This document shows positions 40,622 to 51,070 of a DNA stretch of 57,062 bases, in pieces. The translations under genes were made by a program, and so were the position numbers. The stretch's first letter is position 1. Every line of letters starts with the position of its first letter. The DNA lies in IMG/VR virus record IMGVR_UViG_3300010430_000045, positions 1 through 57,062 of that record. The stretch is one strand, 5' to 3'. The notes beneath the pieces are model-generated. The model saw only the letters and a program-made list of their open reading frames with translations. It did not search any database and had not been told where the DNA came from. The stretch is from a virus.

Positions 40622-42454
40622 ATGCCTGTCGTTCGCGAGCTCGTCACCCGTCTCGGCTACAAAATCGACGACCGCGACATGAAGCGGTACGACTCCCAGC
40701 TCGGCGGACTCACGTCGAGCCTGGGGGGGCTGGCCACCGCTGCCATCGCTGCCGCCGCCGCAATGGCGACCATCGGTGGCAAGATGTTCCTGGAGAAGCT
40801 GGTCCAGACAAACATCGGCTTCGAGAAGATGAAGGCGAGCCTCGAGACCGTCACCGGCTCGGCCGCCAACGCTGACAAGGCGTTCGAGTTCATCCAGAAC
40901 TTCGCCAGCACCACACCGTTCCAGCTTCAGGAGGTGGCGCAAGCTTTCATCAAGCTGAAGGCGCTCGGCATCGAGCCAACCGAGGAGCGACTTCGCTCCT
41001 TCGGCAACACGGCCTCGGCCATGGGCAAGGACCTCGACCAGTACATCGAGGCGGTTGCCGATGCCAGCACGGGCGAGTTCGAACGGCTGAAGGAATTCGG
41101 CATCAAGGCGAAGTCGGAGGGCGACAAAGTCTCGTTCACGTTCCAAGGCGTGACGACCACGGTCAAGAAGAACAGCGAAGAGATCACAAAGTACCTGACG
41201 GACATCGGGCAAACGAAGTTCGCCGGCGCGATGGAAAAGCAGATGAATACCCTCGGCGGTATCATCTCCAACATCCAGGACAACATCTCGAAGTTCCTGG
41301 TCAAGGTCGGCGAGTCCGGATTCAACGATGCGTTGCGTGAGCTGCTGAAAGTGGTGCGTGACCTGATTGGAGGCGGTGACGATCTCGCCGTCACCATCGG
41401 CCAGGGTCTCGGCGCCGCGCTGGTGAAGATCACTGAGTACATCCGCTGGATCTCCGACCCCGCCACACAGGCCCAGTTCGCCAAGTGGGCGAAGGTCATG
41501 CGGATGGTGCTGGATCCGTTCTACCGCCTGTATCTCGTCCTCGACGACATCGTGACCTTTTTCCAGGGCGGGGACTCCCTGATCGAGCGTGTCTGGGGGA
41601 GCCAGGCCGCGGATCGTGTGCGGTCGATTGGCAAGTCGATCTGGAAGTTCCTCGTCAAAGGCTTCATCGCCTGGAAGGATGCGCTCGTCGAGCTCTGGCC
41701 GTTCTACAAGCGGGCGTTCCTCTCGCTCCTCCCGGCCTTGAAAGATCTCTGGAAAGCAGCAAAGAGGCTGGTCGAGGAGTTCATCGCACCGATGCAAGAT
41801 GCCGACGAGAATCTCCTCGTCAACCTGGTGCGCGCTGCCATCCCGTTCGCGAAGTTGATGACCGTGCTCCTGACGAAGCTCCTCGACCTGACGGTCAGGT
41901 GGCTGACGGGCTTCATGCGTTTCGTCACCTGGCTGCTCCCGATCTTGCGTGTGTCGTGGACGACCTTCGAGATCTTCATGAGGTTCTCGATCGACCGCAT
42001 CCGCCAGAACTGGTTTTTCCTCAACGGGTTCGTCCGTGGGCAATGGGATACGACCATCGCTTTCATGCGAGGACTGCTCGCACTCTTCACCGGGGACATC
42101 GACGGGGCCGTGCAGAACTGGTCCGCCGCGATCCGGACCTTCGTGAACCAGCTCAAGTCGGTCGGCATCGACGTGGGTGCGGTCAACGGCCTGGTCAACG
42201 ACATCAACACCGTTCGGACCAACCCGCTCGGCGCGGCGGGAGCCATCGCACCGGCTGGAGCAGGTGCCCCAGCATCGCAATCGAGCCTCGCCTCGACGTT
42301 GTCCTCAACGGTCAGCAACCTGATCGTCAACGTCACGGGCTCGGCCAACATGGGCCCGGACCAGGTCGGCAATGTTGTCCGTCAGGGCGTGGGCAATGCC
42401 CTGAAGGATCAGCTCGCTGACGCTTCCCGTAACTCCGCCGGAGCGGTGACATGA
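40622..42454 (+). CDS. Tape measure protein
   Basis: Track ORF of 610 aa. It has the N-terminal tape-measure domain pattern (...TTPFQLQEVAQAFIKLKALGIEPTE...GEFERLKEFGIKA...), is helical and hydrophobic, and has Trp/Phe-rich repeats. Confidence 0.85.
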   Translation: MPVVRELVTRLGYKIDDRDMKRYDSQLGGLTSSLGGLATAAIAAAAAMATIGGKMFLEKLVQTNIGFEKMKASLETVTGSAANADKAFEFIQNFASTTPFQLQEVAQAFIKLKALGIEPTEERLRSFGNTASAMGKDLDQYIEAVADASTGEFERLKEFGIKAKSEGDKVSFTFQGVTTTVKKNSEEITKYLTDIGQTKFAGAMEKQMNTLGGIISNIQDNISKFLVKVGESGFNDALRELLKVVRDLIGGGDDLAVTIGQGLGAALVKITEYIRWISDPATQAQFAKWAKVMRMVLDPFYRLYLVLDDIVTFFQGGDSLIERVWGSQAADRVRSIGKSIWKFLVKGFIAWKDALVELWPFYKRAFLSLLPALKDLWKAAKRLVEEFIAPMQDADENLLVNLVRAAIPFAKLMTVLLTKLLDLTVRWLTGFMRFVTWLLPILRVSWTTFEIFMRFSIDRIRQNWFFLNGFVRGQWDTTIAFMRGLLALFTGDIDGAVQNWSAAIRTFVNQLKSVGIDVGAVNGLVNDINTVRTNPLGAAGAIAPAGAGAPASQSSLASTLSSTVSNLIVNVTGSANMGPDQVGNVVRQGVGNALKDQLADASRNSAGAVT

Positions 42455-43119
42455 GCCAGACAACTTTCCTCAGGCCACGCCAGCGATGGGGTGCGAGCAT
42501 CCACGAGGCTGACGGGTCGTTCTTCTTGTTCGACGCTACGGTCTCCGAGTCGCCGACCCACGAGGGTAGCCTGACGAAGCATCCGGTCGAAGATGGCGCT
42601 GATGTGTCCGACCACTACCAGAACGAGCCGGACACGCTGGCGTTGGTGTGCGGCCTGACGAACTCGCCCCTGCCAGCCCAGGGTGAGCCCGAGCAGAACC
42701 GAGACGTGGTGCTTTACAAAGATCTCGTCGCCATCAAGGACCGGGGAGAGCCCATCACGGTCGTCACCGGCATCGACGTCTACGAGAATATGGTCATCAC
42801 CCGGATCACGTTCACCCGAGACCCACAGACCGGGCAAGCGTTGCTGTTGAATCTCGACCTCGAGGAAGTGATCCTGACCACGACCGAGTCCGTGGATATC
42901 CCCCCAGAACGCCAGCGGCGGAAGGGCGGAAGGCAGAACGCTGCCCCGGTTCACTCCGAGGGCGACATCACCGCCGAGGAAGCGGCACTTGCACAGACCG
43001 AGGGATTGCAGGCAAGCGTAGAATCGTCGGCCGCCGCTGAGCAGGCAGCCGAGGATCCGGAGGCGAAGGCCACCCGGGACAAGAACACCAGCGAGCTCGC
43101 TGCGACCTTCGGGAGCTGA
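42451..43119 (+). CDS. Tail/baseplate protein (Dit-like domain)
   Basis: Track ORF of 222 aa with an ATGA overlap. The pattern THEGSLTKHPVEDGADVSDHYQNEPDTLALVCGL resembles a Dit-like or baseplate distal protein. Confidence 0.45.
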   Translation: MSQTTFLRPRQRWGASIHEADGSFFLFDATVSESPTHEGSLTKHPVEDGADVSDHYQNEPDTLALVCGLTNSPLPAQGEPEQNRDVVLYKDLVAIKDRGEPITVVTGIDVYENMVITRITFTRDPQTGQALLLNLDLEEVILTTTESVDIPPERQRRKGGRQNAAPVHSEGDITAEEAALAQTEGLQASVESSAAAEQAAEDPEAKATRDKNTSELAATFGS

Positions 43120-43121
43120 CC

Positions 43122-43490
43122 ATGACGATTTACCGCGTGCCCGTATTCATCGATGTCCCGGCGTACACGTACACGGTCCAGTTCGAGGGCGAGACCTATC
43201 GCTTCGTGTTCACCTTCAACAGCCGAAGTCAGTCTTGGTACGTGGACATCGCCGACGACAACGACATCCTGATCGTCGCCGGGCAGCGACTCTCGAACGA
43301 CTTCCCGCTCTTCCGAACCCGCAACCAGTCCGCCCCTCCCGGGATGTTGGTATGCATCTCGCTCGAAGACGATAATGCTGACCCGGACCTCGCCGCCCTG
43401 GGCCGTCGGGTGCGGTTCCTATACTTTGAAGCATCGGAACTTCCGGAGGCCGCAGCGACCGTCTCCGGGCTTACCATTACGCCCAGCTGA
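43122..43490 (+). CDS. Hypothetical tail/baseplate protein
   Basis: Track ORF of 122 aa. The call is based on position only. Confidence 0.45.
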   Translation: MTIYRVPVFIDVPAYTYTVQFEGETYRFVFTFNSRSQSWYVDIADDNDILIVAGQRLSNDFPLFRTRNQSAPPGMLVCISLEDDNADPDLAALGRRVRFLYFEASELPEAAATVSGLTITPS

Positions 43491-43499
43491 GGTAGTGCT

Positions 43500-44312
43500 A
43501 TGGGTCTCGGTGGTACCAGGCAATACGGTCGAGTCGTCTACGCCATCGTCGGCCAAGCTGGCAAGGCTGGCTCTCGCTTCGAGGGTCTCCGCATCTCGTT
43601 CAACGTCAAGAAGACGAGCAGCAAGAAGCCGTCGAAGGGCAAGGTCCAGATCTTCAACCTGAGCGAGGTCAGCCGCTCCACTCTCGAGCTCGAAGACGCG
43701 AAGGTGTTTCTGTTCGCTGGATACGAGAATGCGGACCTGATCTTCGCGGGCGACATCGATGATGTCGAGCACGCCAAGGACGACCAGGATATGGTGTCGA
43801 CCATCGAGGCCGCGGACGGTCGCCGAGTCTACCAGTCCGGGTCGTTGTTCGAGACGTACAACCCACCGCTCGACTCGGCGATTCTCCTCCGCCGGCTTGC
43901 CGCCGCGATGCCCATCAAGATCGGCCACGTGGCTCCGTCGTTGGAGGTCGTGAACTACACCCAAGGCTATACGGTGGCGGGCCCGGTGCGTGATGCGCTC
44001 GACGAGGTCTGCACCTCCATCGGCGCCGAGTGGTCGATTCAGGATGACGAGCTCGTCGTCGTCCCCGCTGGCGCCGGAACACCACAGCTCGCGTTTCTCG
44101 TCTCGCCGACGACCGGGCTCGTGGGCAAGCCGAAGAAAACCAAGAAGGGGATCAAGTTCACGATGCTGCTGAACGCCCAGGTGAAGCCCAGCCGCATCGT
44201 CCGTTTGGAGTCCCGCGACTTCAAGGGGTTCTACGTTTGCCGGAAGGTCACGCTCGTAGGTGACTCTCACGGATCCAGTTTCTACTGCGAGGTCGAGGCA
44301 AAAGAGCGATGA
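43500..44312 (+). CDS. Baseplate hub-like protein (XkdQ/gp27-like)
   Basis: Track ORF of 270 aa. It has the pattern LRISFNVKKT....KGKVQIFNLSE and lies before the spike gene. Confidence 0.45.
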   Translation: MGLGGTRQYGRVVYAIVGQAGKAGSRFEGLRISFNVKKTSSKKPSKGKVQIFNLSEVSRSTLELEDAKVFLFAGYENADLIFAGDIDDVEHAKDDQDMVSTIEAADGRRVYQSGSLFETYNPPLDSAILLRRLAAAMPIKIGHVAPSLEVVNYTQGYTVAGPVRDALDEVCTSIGAEWSIQDDELVVVPAGAGTPQLAFLVSPTTGLVGKPKKTKKGIKFTMLLNAQVKPSRIVRLESRDFKGFYVCRKVTLVGDSHGSSFYCEVEAKER

Positions 44313-44983
44313 CCGTTGAAGTCGTAGACGAGCCTGAAGAGCTGGAGGACATCATCGAGGAGATGATCCGGCTCGGCGTGGCGAAGATGAACGTCGGATG
44401 TTTCGCGCGCGTCGAGTCGTACAGTGCCGCCAAGCAAACCTGTACGTGTCGTCCCGTCGTCCGAGCGTCCATCAAGGGTGGTAACTCGGTCCAATATCCG
44501 AGCATCGCCAACGTGCCCGTGCGGTTCCCAGCGGGCGGTGGCTTCAGCATTACGTGGCCGTTGTCCGCTGGCGATCAGGTGTGGCTGGACTTTGGGGACC
44601 GGTCGATCGACGAGTGGATGAACAGCTCCGCACCGAAGGATATCCAGGCCAGGTCGAAGCGCCGATTCCACATCACGGATGCTGTTGCTTATCCCGGAGG
44701 ACGGCCCGGGACGAAGCCGCTGAAGCGCGCCGGATCCACGGATCTCGTCATCGCCCAGGACGACTACGACACGGCGATCAACAATGACCTGGGCAAGGCC
44801 GACCGCTTCGAGATTCGCATCGGCCCGGCCGGCATGGGCATCGGTGACGGGGGCACGACCAACGACCTTCTGAACATCCTGCTCCGCATGCTCCAGCGCC
44901 TCGCCATCGACACCAACGTCAACGCCGCGACGAACACGGTCGCCGCTGACGAAGCTGTGAAGCTGCTCACGCTCGTTCGCTGA
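44309..44983 (+). CDS. Baseplate central spike (Gp138-N / gpV-like)
   Basis: Track ORF of 224 aa with an ATGA overlap. The pattern is CFARVESY...CTCRPVV...YPSIANVPVRFPAGGGFSITWPLSAGDQVWLDFGDRSIDEW. Confidence 0.6.
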   Translation: MTVEVVDEPEELEDIIEEMIRLGVAKMNVGCFARVESYSAAKQTCTCRPVVRASIKGGNSVQYPSIANVPVRFPAGGGFSITWPLSAGDQVWLDFGDRSIDEWMNSSAPKDIQARSKRRFHITDAVAYPGGRPGTKPLKRAGSTDLVIAQDDYDTAINNDLGKADRFEIRIGPAGMGIGDGGTTNDLLNILLRMLQRLAIDTNVNAATNTVAADEAVKLLTLVR

Positions 44984-45022
44984 CACTTGCGGATCGCCCT
45001 CCGAGGTGCAACGATAGGCCGT

Positions 45023-45484
45023 ATGGACGTTCTGCTCGACAGCACAGGTGATCTGTACCTCGGCGACGATGGCCGTATGGACCTCACGAGCTCGACGGCC
45101 GAGGTCGTCAAGCAGCGGCTGGAGCTTCGCCTCGATTCGCAGCGTGGCTCCTGGTTCCTCGACGAGACCTGGGGCGTCCGCTATATCGACATGGGCGACA
45201 ACGACGCTGCGACCATCCTCGTCAAGAACCCGAACATCATCGCCATCGTCAGCGAGCTGAAGGCGATCATCACCAGCATCGAGGGCGTGGAGCGAATCAC
45301 GTCTTTTACTCAACAGTTCGTACCCGCGACCAGGTCGTTCGACATCACGTTCACGGTGACCACCGAAGACGATGACGTCGTGGGCGTAGTCCACATCGGG
45401 GACAGCGAAGACGCCCTGTTCGACCCGGACGGTTCGGCGATCGCGCTCTTCGAGTTGACGGTGAGGTCAGTATGTCCGGTCTGA
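45023..45484 (+). CDS. Baseplate wedge protein (gp25/W / DUF2634-like)
   Basis: Track ORF 44987..45484(+) begins at a TTG. I prefer the ATG at 45023 (MDVLLDSTGDLYLGDDG...). It contains RLELRLDSQRGSWFLDETWG. Confidence 0.5.
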   Translation: MDVLLDSTGDLYLGDDGRMDLTSSTAEVVKQRLELRLDSQRGSWFLDETWGVRYIDMGDNDAATILVKNPNIIAIVSELKAIITSIEGVERITSFTQQFVPATRSFDITFTVTTEDDDVVGVVHIGDSEDALFDPDGSAIALFELTVRSVCPV

Positions 45485-46629
45485 CGACAGCGGGCTTCGA
45501 GTCGAAGACCCTGGAAGAGGTCATCGCCAACCAGCAATCGCGGGCGGTTGCCGAGTTCGGCGACAACATCAAGACCGGCCCCGACGAGGTCGTTGGCCAC
45601 ATCATCGGCATCCAGGCTGAGGGGTTGCACTCAGTCTGGGAGCAGCTCGCCGTCATCTACGATTCGTTCAACCCGGACAACGCCGAAGGCCAAATGCTCG
45701 ACAACGTATCTCGCCTCGTCGGCGTGACCCGTGAGCCAGCAACCAAGGCCACCGGAACGGTCACCGCCAGCGGCACAGCGGCGACGGTCATCCCGGCCGG
45801 CTCCATCGTCGCAGCACCGACCCTCGATGATGCCCAGTTCGTGACACTTGCTGAGGCGACGATCGAGGGTGGCGGCACTGTGGACATCGCCATCGAGGCT
45901 GAGGAAGCTGGCGCTCTCACGGTGCTCGCCACCGAGGTCGATACCATCATCACGCCTGTGTCCGGCTGGGACTCCGTATCCAACGCTGCCGACCTCACGC
46001 CAGGTGAAGGGGTCGAGACCGATGCTGCGCTTCGAGCTCGACGTGAGGAGTCGCTTCAGATCATCGGCTCCGGTACCGACGGTGCGATCCGGTCGAAGGT
46101 GGCCGAGCTCGACGATGTGTCCTCCGCGGCCGTGATCAGCAACCGCACCCTGGTGGCGGATGTCAACGGCATCCCTGGCAAGGCATTCCGCACCATCGTC
46201 CACCCGAGCACGGCGGATGGTGAGGCAATCGCAGCCGTCATCTTCGAGAACATGCCAGCCGGCATCGAGCCCGATGGCTCCACGAGCTACGACGTCACCG
46301 ACGAGCAGGGTATCACCCAGGTGGTCAAGTTCACCTTCGCCTCGTTTCTGTATCTCACGGTGGCCATCACGGTCACGACGAGCGAGGCCGACTTCCCGGC
46401 TGATGGAACGGACCAGATCGAGGCGGCGATCATCGCCCTCGAGGTCGGCCTGTCTCCGGGCGAAGAGATCAAAGAGGCCGACCTCGTCAAAGCGATCCTC
46501 AGCATCCCGGGATACGACACGTACTCCGTAGATACCTTCGAGAAGAAAGGCGGAGGCTCGACTGTTCCGGACATCGACGAGGTGCCGGCCTTCCAGCTCG
46601 CTGCTGACGTGACGGTGACGAAGACATGA
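45472..46629 (+). CDS. Baseplate J-like protein
   Basis: Track ORF of 385 aa. It begins MSGLTTAGFESKTLEEVIANQQ and contains AEGQMLDNVSRLVGVTREPATKATG, a typical gpJ / T4 gp6-like pattern. Confidence 0.75.
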   Translation: MSGLTTAGFESKTLEEVIANQQSRAVAEFGDNIKTGPDEVVGHIIGIQAEGLHSVWEQLAVIYDSFNPDNAEGQMLDNVSRLVGVTREPATKATGTVTASGTAATVIPAGSIVAAPTLDDAQFVTLAEATIEGGGTVDIAIEAEEAGALTVLATEVDTIITPVSGWDSVSNAADLTPGEGVETDAALRARREESLQIIGSGTDGAIRSKVAELDDVSSAAVISNRTLVADVNGIPGKAFRTIVHPSTADGEAIAAVIFENMPAGIEPDGSTSYDVTDEQGITQVVKFTFASFLYLTVAITVTTSEADFPADGTDQIEAAIIALEVGLSPGEEIKEADLVKAILSIPGYDTYSVDTFEKKGGGSTVPDIDEVPAFQLAADVTVTKT

Positions 46630-47189
46630 GCGACATCCCGACATACATTCACGATCAGGTGGATCGGTTGCTCGCCCTCCTCGTGACGAAGCTCAAGAAG
46701 CCTCGCATCGAATCGCTGCTACGCATGTACGGCCAGGAGCTTCAGGAGCTTGAAGACTCCGCGTACGCCATGATCGTCGAGCGGTACCTGGACGTCGCCG
46801 TCGGTGCACAGCTTGACCAGTACGGGGTGCTGGTGGGCGAGGATCGCGACGGGCTCACCGACGACGAATATCGCTCGTTCATCGAGGCCCGTATCCTCTC
46901 GAATTTGTCGAGGGGCGAGATCAACCGCATGACCCAGATCCTGTCGATCATCGGACGGGCCGTGGGTGCCGTCCGCTACTTCCCGCTGTACCCGGCTGGG
47001 ATGTGGTTCGACTTCGAGACCGAGGCCACGTTGAGCGACACAGCCTTGACGAAGATCGTCGAGCAGATGACCGAGGTCGCACCGGCTGGCGTTGAGGTCC
47101 AGGCCATCGTACAAGGGCCGACGGGCATGTTCCGATTCGACACCGAGGGTCTCGGTCTCGACCAGGGCAAATTCGGGAGGACGCTGTAA
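46626..47189 (+). CDS. Baseplate/tail protein (DUF2612 / gpI-like)
   Basis: Track ORF of 187 aa with an ATGA overlap. It contains AQLDQYGVLVGEDRDGLTDDEYRSFIEARI. Confidence 0.55.
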   Translation: MSDIPTYIHDQVDRLLALLVTKLKKPRIESLLRMYGQELQELEDSAYAMIVERYLDVAVGAQLDQYGVLVGEDRDGLTDDEYRSFIEARILSNLSRGEINRMTQILSIIGRAVGAVRYFPLYPAGMWFDFETEATLSDTALTKIVEQMTEVAPAGVEVQAIVQGPTGMFRFDTEGLGLDQGKFGRTL

Positions 47190-48515
47190 ATGGCAACACG
47201 ACCAACGCAAACGCCCGCCTGGGCAACATCAGGCACGAAGACCGACCCCGGCGCAACGAAGCAGGACCAGGGGTTCGCCTTCGAGGAAGCGCCAGGACAC
47301 GACGTCGTCAATTGGCTCCTGAACCTGATCGGGCTGTGGGTCATCTACTTCGCCGACATCGGTTACGTCCAGTGGGACGACCTTCAGGACCTGATCGACA
47401 ACACGGCGATCGGTCGCGTCGCGACTCTCCTCCCGGCGGCGAATGCACCGCAATGGTTCCCGACCATGGTTCTCGAGGAGTCTGACCTCGGCGGCGCTGG
47501 CTACCATGCGGTGTCGGTTGCGACCGACGGTGTCCAGCTCTTCGTTGCCACGGCGGCCTCGGGTGGCGAGACCTACCTCCGCGCGTTCGATGTCGAGAGT
47601 GACACCCAGAACTGGGTTGTCGCCGCGGGCGTGGCCGAGACGACCCTGTTCATGATCTACAACGGGCGGCACGTTCTCTGGGGTGTCACTGGCAGCGGCG
47701 ATGCCGTGCGAGTCTACGACCCGTCGGATGGCAACCTCCTGAACACCGTCAGCGTCAGCAACCTTGTGGACGGGTGCAGCGATGGCACGTACCTGAACAT
47801 CCTGACCACGACGAACCTGATCTCCAAATACAACTACTGGGACAACGGCACCATCGCCGACCTGTTCGATGTCGCACACTCGGTCACGCCCGGGTGCGTG
47901 GCGTGCAACGGCCAGTACATCTACATCGGAGGCGCGTCCGGATCCAACCTGAAAGTCTACCCAGCGAACGGCGCCAGCAGCGCAACGACCAACGTCAAGA
48001 ACAACGGCGCGGGAACGCCAGCCATAACCAAGATTGTGGTCGATGACGAGTACGCCTGGTGTTCGTTGGACGACAACACGTGCGTGCAGTTTCCAGCCAC
48101 GATCCCCCTCAGTTCGGTCGTGGGTGCGTACCCGTACAACTACGCACCCGGAACCAATGCCCACGACGTTGAGCTGTCCGGCGGGCTGTCGATCACCAAC
48201 GTGTTCGGCGAAGCTCCGGCGCTCGGAATGGGGTACGTGGTCAGCATCGTCAACGGCGGCGACAAGTCGATCCGAATTTCCCCGGCCGGCCTCGGCCAGC
48301 AATACCTCACGCCGTCGTTTTATATGAACGGCAGCACTGACTATCTCGACGCCTGTGTTGGCCCGCAGTGGATCGCCTATTGCTGTGATGAAAACAGCGA
48401 CGGGGAGTCCGTTGTCGTCCGCACGCTACCCCAGAAGGCGAGGACGCTGACCAGGGTCGACCCGACCGCAGACCGATACCGCGCGCCCATGTGGCTCGAC
48501 GTCAAAGAAGGTTGA
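47190..48515 (+). CDS. Tail fibre protein
   Basis: Track ORF of 441 aa with GGGAGGA upstream. The N-terminus PAWATSGTKTDPGATKQDQGFAFEEAPGHDVVNWLLNLIGLWVIY is typical of fibre N-termini. The rest is rich in beta-type repeats. Confidence 0.6.
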   Translation: MATRPTQTPAWATSGTKTDPGATKQDQGFAFEEAPGHDVVNWLLNLIGLWVIYFADIGYVQWDDLQDLIDNTAIGRVATLLPAANAPQWFPTMVLEESDLGGAGYHAVSVATDGVQLFVATAASGGETYLRAFDVESDTQNWVVAAGVAETTLFMIYNGRHVLWGVTGSGDAVRVYDPSDGNLLNTVSVSNLVDGCSDGTYLNILTTTNLISKYNYWDNGTIADLFDVAHSVTPGCVACNGQYIYIGGASGSNLKVYPANGASSATTNVKNNGAGTPAITKIVVDDEYAWCSLDDNTCVQFPATIPLSSVVGAYPYNYAPGTNAHDVELSGGLSITNVFGEAPALGMGYVVSIVNGGDKSIRISPAGLGQQYLTPSFYMNGSTDYLDACVGPQWIAYCCDENSDGESVVVRTLPQKARTLTRVDPTADRYRAPMWLDVKEG

Positions 48516-48518
48516 ACA

Positions 48519-49640
48519 ATGACTGAGATCGGATACGCACTTCTGAAGGAGCTGGCCGTACTCGGAGCCGGCCGTCAGCCCGTCATCCAGCCGCAAGGGT
48601 CGTGGGCGTACCAGTCCGGGAACGGCAAACCCACAACATCGAACCAGGGCATCGCAACCGAAGGTGCACGGGTTGCCTGGGTTGGCTGTCGAGCCGCCCT
48701 ATCGTCCGGCCGGGCGTCTCACTATTTCCGCATCGATGGCTACGATGTGGCCACGACCTACGATGCCAGGGTCGGCGCCGGTTCCGTCTACGCCAACGAG
48801 ACCAGCGTCGCTGCTGGGTCGGCAGCCCTGGCGCTCGCCGAGCTCAAGACTGACTTCGAGGGTGCGGCCGAGCTCGCCGGCCTCAACCCCGTCGGCGCTG
48901 TCGTGTCCAGCCCGTACGACATCTTGACGCTCACGCTCGATGTTCCGCTTCTCCAGCAGGCCGTAGACACCGGTGGCACTGGGAAGCTGTACTGTGTGGG
49001 CGATGCCCGCGCCTTCGCATACCGTGTCTGGGGTTTGCCATTGTGGCGATCGGACCCTGACGACGAGCCCGTTTGGCAACCCATCGACGAGGGGCTTGTC
49101 CGAATCGGCACCTGGCCTGCATACCGCTCGCTAGTTTGCGCCGCAGGGTACAGCCGAATCTACGTCGAGACCCTGGGAGCGGATGGGCTGTATGTGCCAT
49201 TTGTTGGACCGTGCGCATCCGAGGCAAGCGCCACCGACCTTAGTGGACCACTGGCATCGGCCGATCAAGCGTGGGCGGCAATCGAGTCACAGCGGCTCGA
49301 GCTTATCGACGAGATCGGTACCTACGGCGAGGTCGACCAACCGGCCAACGTCGCTGGCTCCGGTGCCGGCCCAGGGCTCGACATCCCGTTGCCGTATCCA
49401 GGCATGGACTACCCGATCCACTTGCCACCGTTCGACCTGATGGTGCGCAACAACGGCGCCGAGAGCGTGTCCGTCTACGACCGAGAGGTCAACGGCTCGA
49501 ACCCGGACTCGTTGCTGGAGGTCCCGCCCGGCTCGACGATGACTTTCGGACCGTTCGGAAATTTGCCGCATCGCATGACGGCTCTCGAGCCTGTCTTCGG
49601 CAACAACATCGACTTCGATGTACGATTCAGGTGGAGGTGA
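48519..49640 (+). CDS. Hypothetical tail-fibre-region protein
   Basis: Track ORF of 373 aa with GAAGG upstream. Confidence 0.55.
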   Translation: MTEIGYALLKELAVLGAGRQPVIQPQGSWAYQSGNGKPTTSNQGIATEGARVAWVGCRAALSSGRASHYFRIDGYDVATTYDARVGAGSVYANETSVAAGSAALALAELKTDFEGAAELAGLNPVGAVVSSPYDILTLTLDVPLLQQAVDTGGTGKLYCVGDARAFAYRVWGLPLWRSDPDDEPVWQPIDEGLVRIGTWPAYRSLVCAAGYSRIYVETLGADGLYVPFVGPCASEASATDLSGPLASADQAWAAIESQRLELIDEIGTYGEVDQPANVAGSGAGPGLDIPLPYPGMDYPIHLPPFDLMVRNNGAESVSVYDREVNGSNPDSLLEVPPGSTMTFGPFGNLPHRMTALEPVFGNNIDFDVRFRWR

Positions 49641-49645
49641 TATTC

Positions 49646-49993
49646 ATGCCCCAGCAAAGCAACGTCATCCCGTACAATTCGCCTGTCGAAGCCTGGTCCG
49701 GTGACGAGACCGCATTCGTCAGCGCGGGCGACGGATTCGATTGTAGTGAGGCGGACTGGGCAACGCCGAAGTGGATCCCTGCCGCTGGTACCTTCACGAC
49801 CCTGACTATCACCCCGATGGGCTATCACCCGACCGCTGGCTGGATGGAGCTGGAGGACGACGAGCAGGTCTTCACCGACAACGAGACTCACGTCCTCGCC
49901 CCGATCTGGATTCGGGACTTCCTCCGCTTCGGGTTCTACGTGCACACGTCCGCGGGTGGTACCGCCGCGTCGAAGTTCGTCATCTTCAGTTGA
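49646..49993 (+). CDS. Hypothetical tail-fibre-region protein
   Basis: This is the tail of track ORF 49271..49993. The ATG at 49646 has GGAGG 6-7 nt upstream. It begins MPQQSNVIPYNSPVEAW... Confidence 0.5.
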   Translation: MPQQSNVIPYNSPVEAWSGDETAFVSAGDGFDCSEADWATPKWIPAAGTFTTLTITPMGYHPTAGWMELEDDEQVFTDNETHVLAPIWIRDFLRFGFYVHTSAGGTAASKFVIFS

Positions 49994-50002
49994 GGTGCGG
50001 CC

Positions 50003-51070
50003 ATGCGCTCACGCAGCACACGACGGTCGGCGCTACCACGGCGCCAGTTCAGGGGACTTGTCGCGCTCCATGCTGGAGTCGCTGGTATGGTGCCCGGCCA
50101 GGTCTGGGACTACTTCCTGAAGGGCGACGGGTCGTATTGGTGCTCGGGCACCGTGGACTCGAACGGGTACCTTGATCCGCACCCCATCGAGCAGGCTCGC
50201 GACAACGAACTCCACCCGCTCGACTCGGCGAACACCGAGATGCGAGTGGTCGATGTCACGCTCAACAATCCAGGCACCGGCTACACCCTGAACGAAGTCC
50301 TGACGTTGTCCAACGGCACCTTCGGGACGACGCCGAAGGTCAAGGTTACCGGCGTCCTTGCCGGTGCCATCACCAGTATTGAGATCCACACCGAGGGGCG
50401 CAACTGCTCCGTGTGTCCGGCCGATGCTTCGCTTGCGACCGGGTCAGCCGGAGCCAACGATGCGACCTTCGACTTTGTCTGGGGTGCGTGCGAGGACGGG
50501 TTCGTTGAGCCGGGCCGAAGCTGGGACGGACAGGTCGAACATACCTCCGACGGTGTCGAGATCGACGACCCCAACGACGGGAACACTCGGATCGTGTACG
50601 CGCCTGGTTCGTTCCGTCGTCCCCTCGGCATGACCATGCAAAGCGACATCGCGCTCGTGGACACCCTCGCCACGATCCGCTACATGCTCGTCATGCAGTC
50701 CACCCAGGCGGCCGGTGCCGAAGACGGTTCCGGGGTGACCTTGTACGAGAGCACCGGGTGGCTGCTCATTGGTCAAAAGATCGTCGGTGGTGCGCTGTCG
50801 TCCGCGTCAGGGTCTCGCACGTGCCCGGCCACCAACGAGCGGCGCATCTGCTACATCCGCCCGTTCAACACCACGTCCAGCACGGCCCACGTGCAGGTCA
50901 ACTCGTGGCAGCAGGACGACCCACAATGGGCTGACCTCGCACAAGCCGATACCGCACCCGACTTCACCGACCCGAACGAGCGCTTCCTCGCCGCCATCAT
51001 CAGCAAGTCTGCGACGGGCGTGAGTAAGACGAAGGCGATCCGCATCCTCGATGCAAGGGGGCTGGGCTGA
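50003..51070 (+). CDS. Hypothetical tail-fibre-region protein
   Basis: Track ORF of 355 aa. An alternative start is the ATG at 50087. Confidence 0.5.
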   Translation: MRSRSTRRSALPRRQFRGLVALHAGVAGMVPGQVWDYFLKGDGSYWCSGTVDSNGYLDPHPIEQARDNELHPLDSANTEMRVVDVTLNNPGTGYTLNEVLTLSNGTFGTTPKVKVTGVLAGAITSIEIHTEGRNCSVCPADASLATGSAGANDATFDFVWGACEDGFVEPGRSWDGQVEHTSDGVEIDDPNDGNTRIVYAPGSFRRPLGMTMQSDIALVDTLATIRYMLVMQSTQAAGAEDGSGVTLYESTGWLLIGQKIVGGALSSASGSRTCPATNERRICYIRPFNTTSSTAHVQVNSWQQDDPQWADLAQADTAPDFTDPNERFLAAIISKSATGVSKTKAIRILDARGLG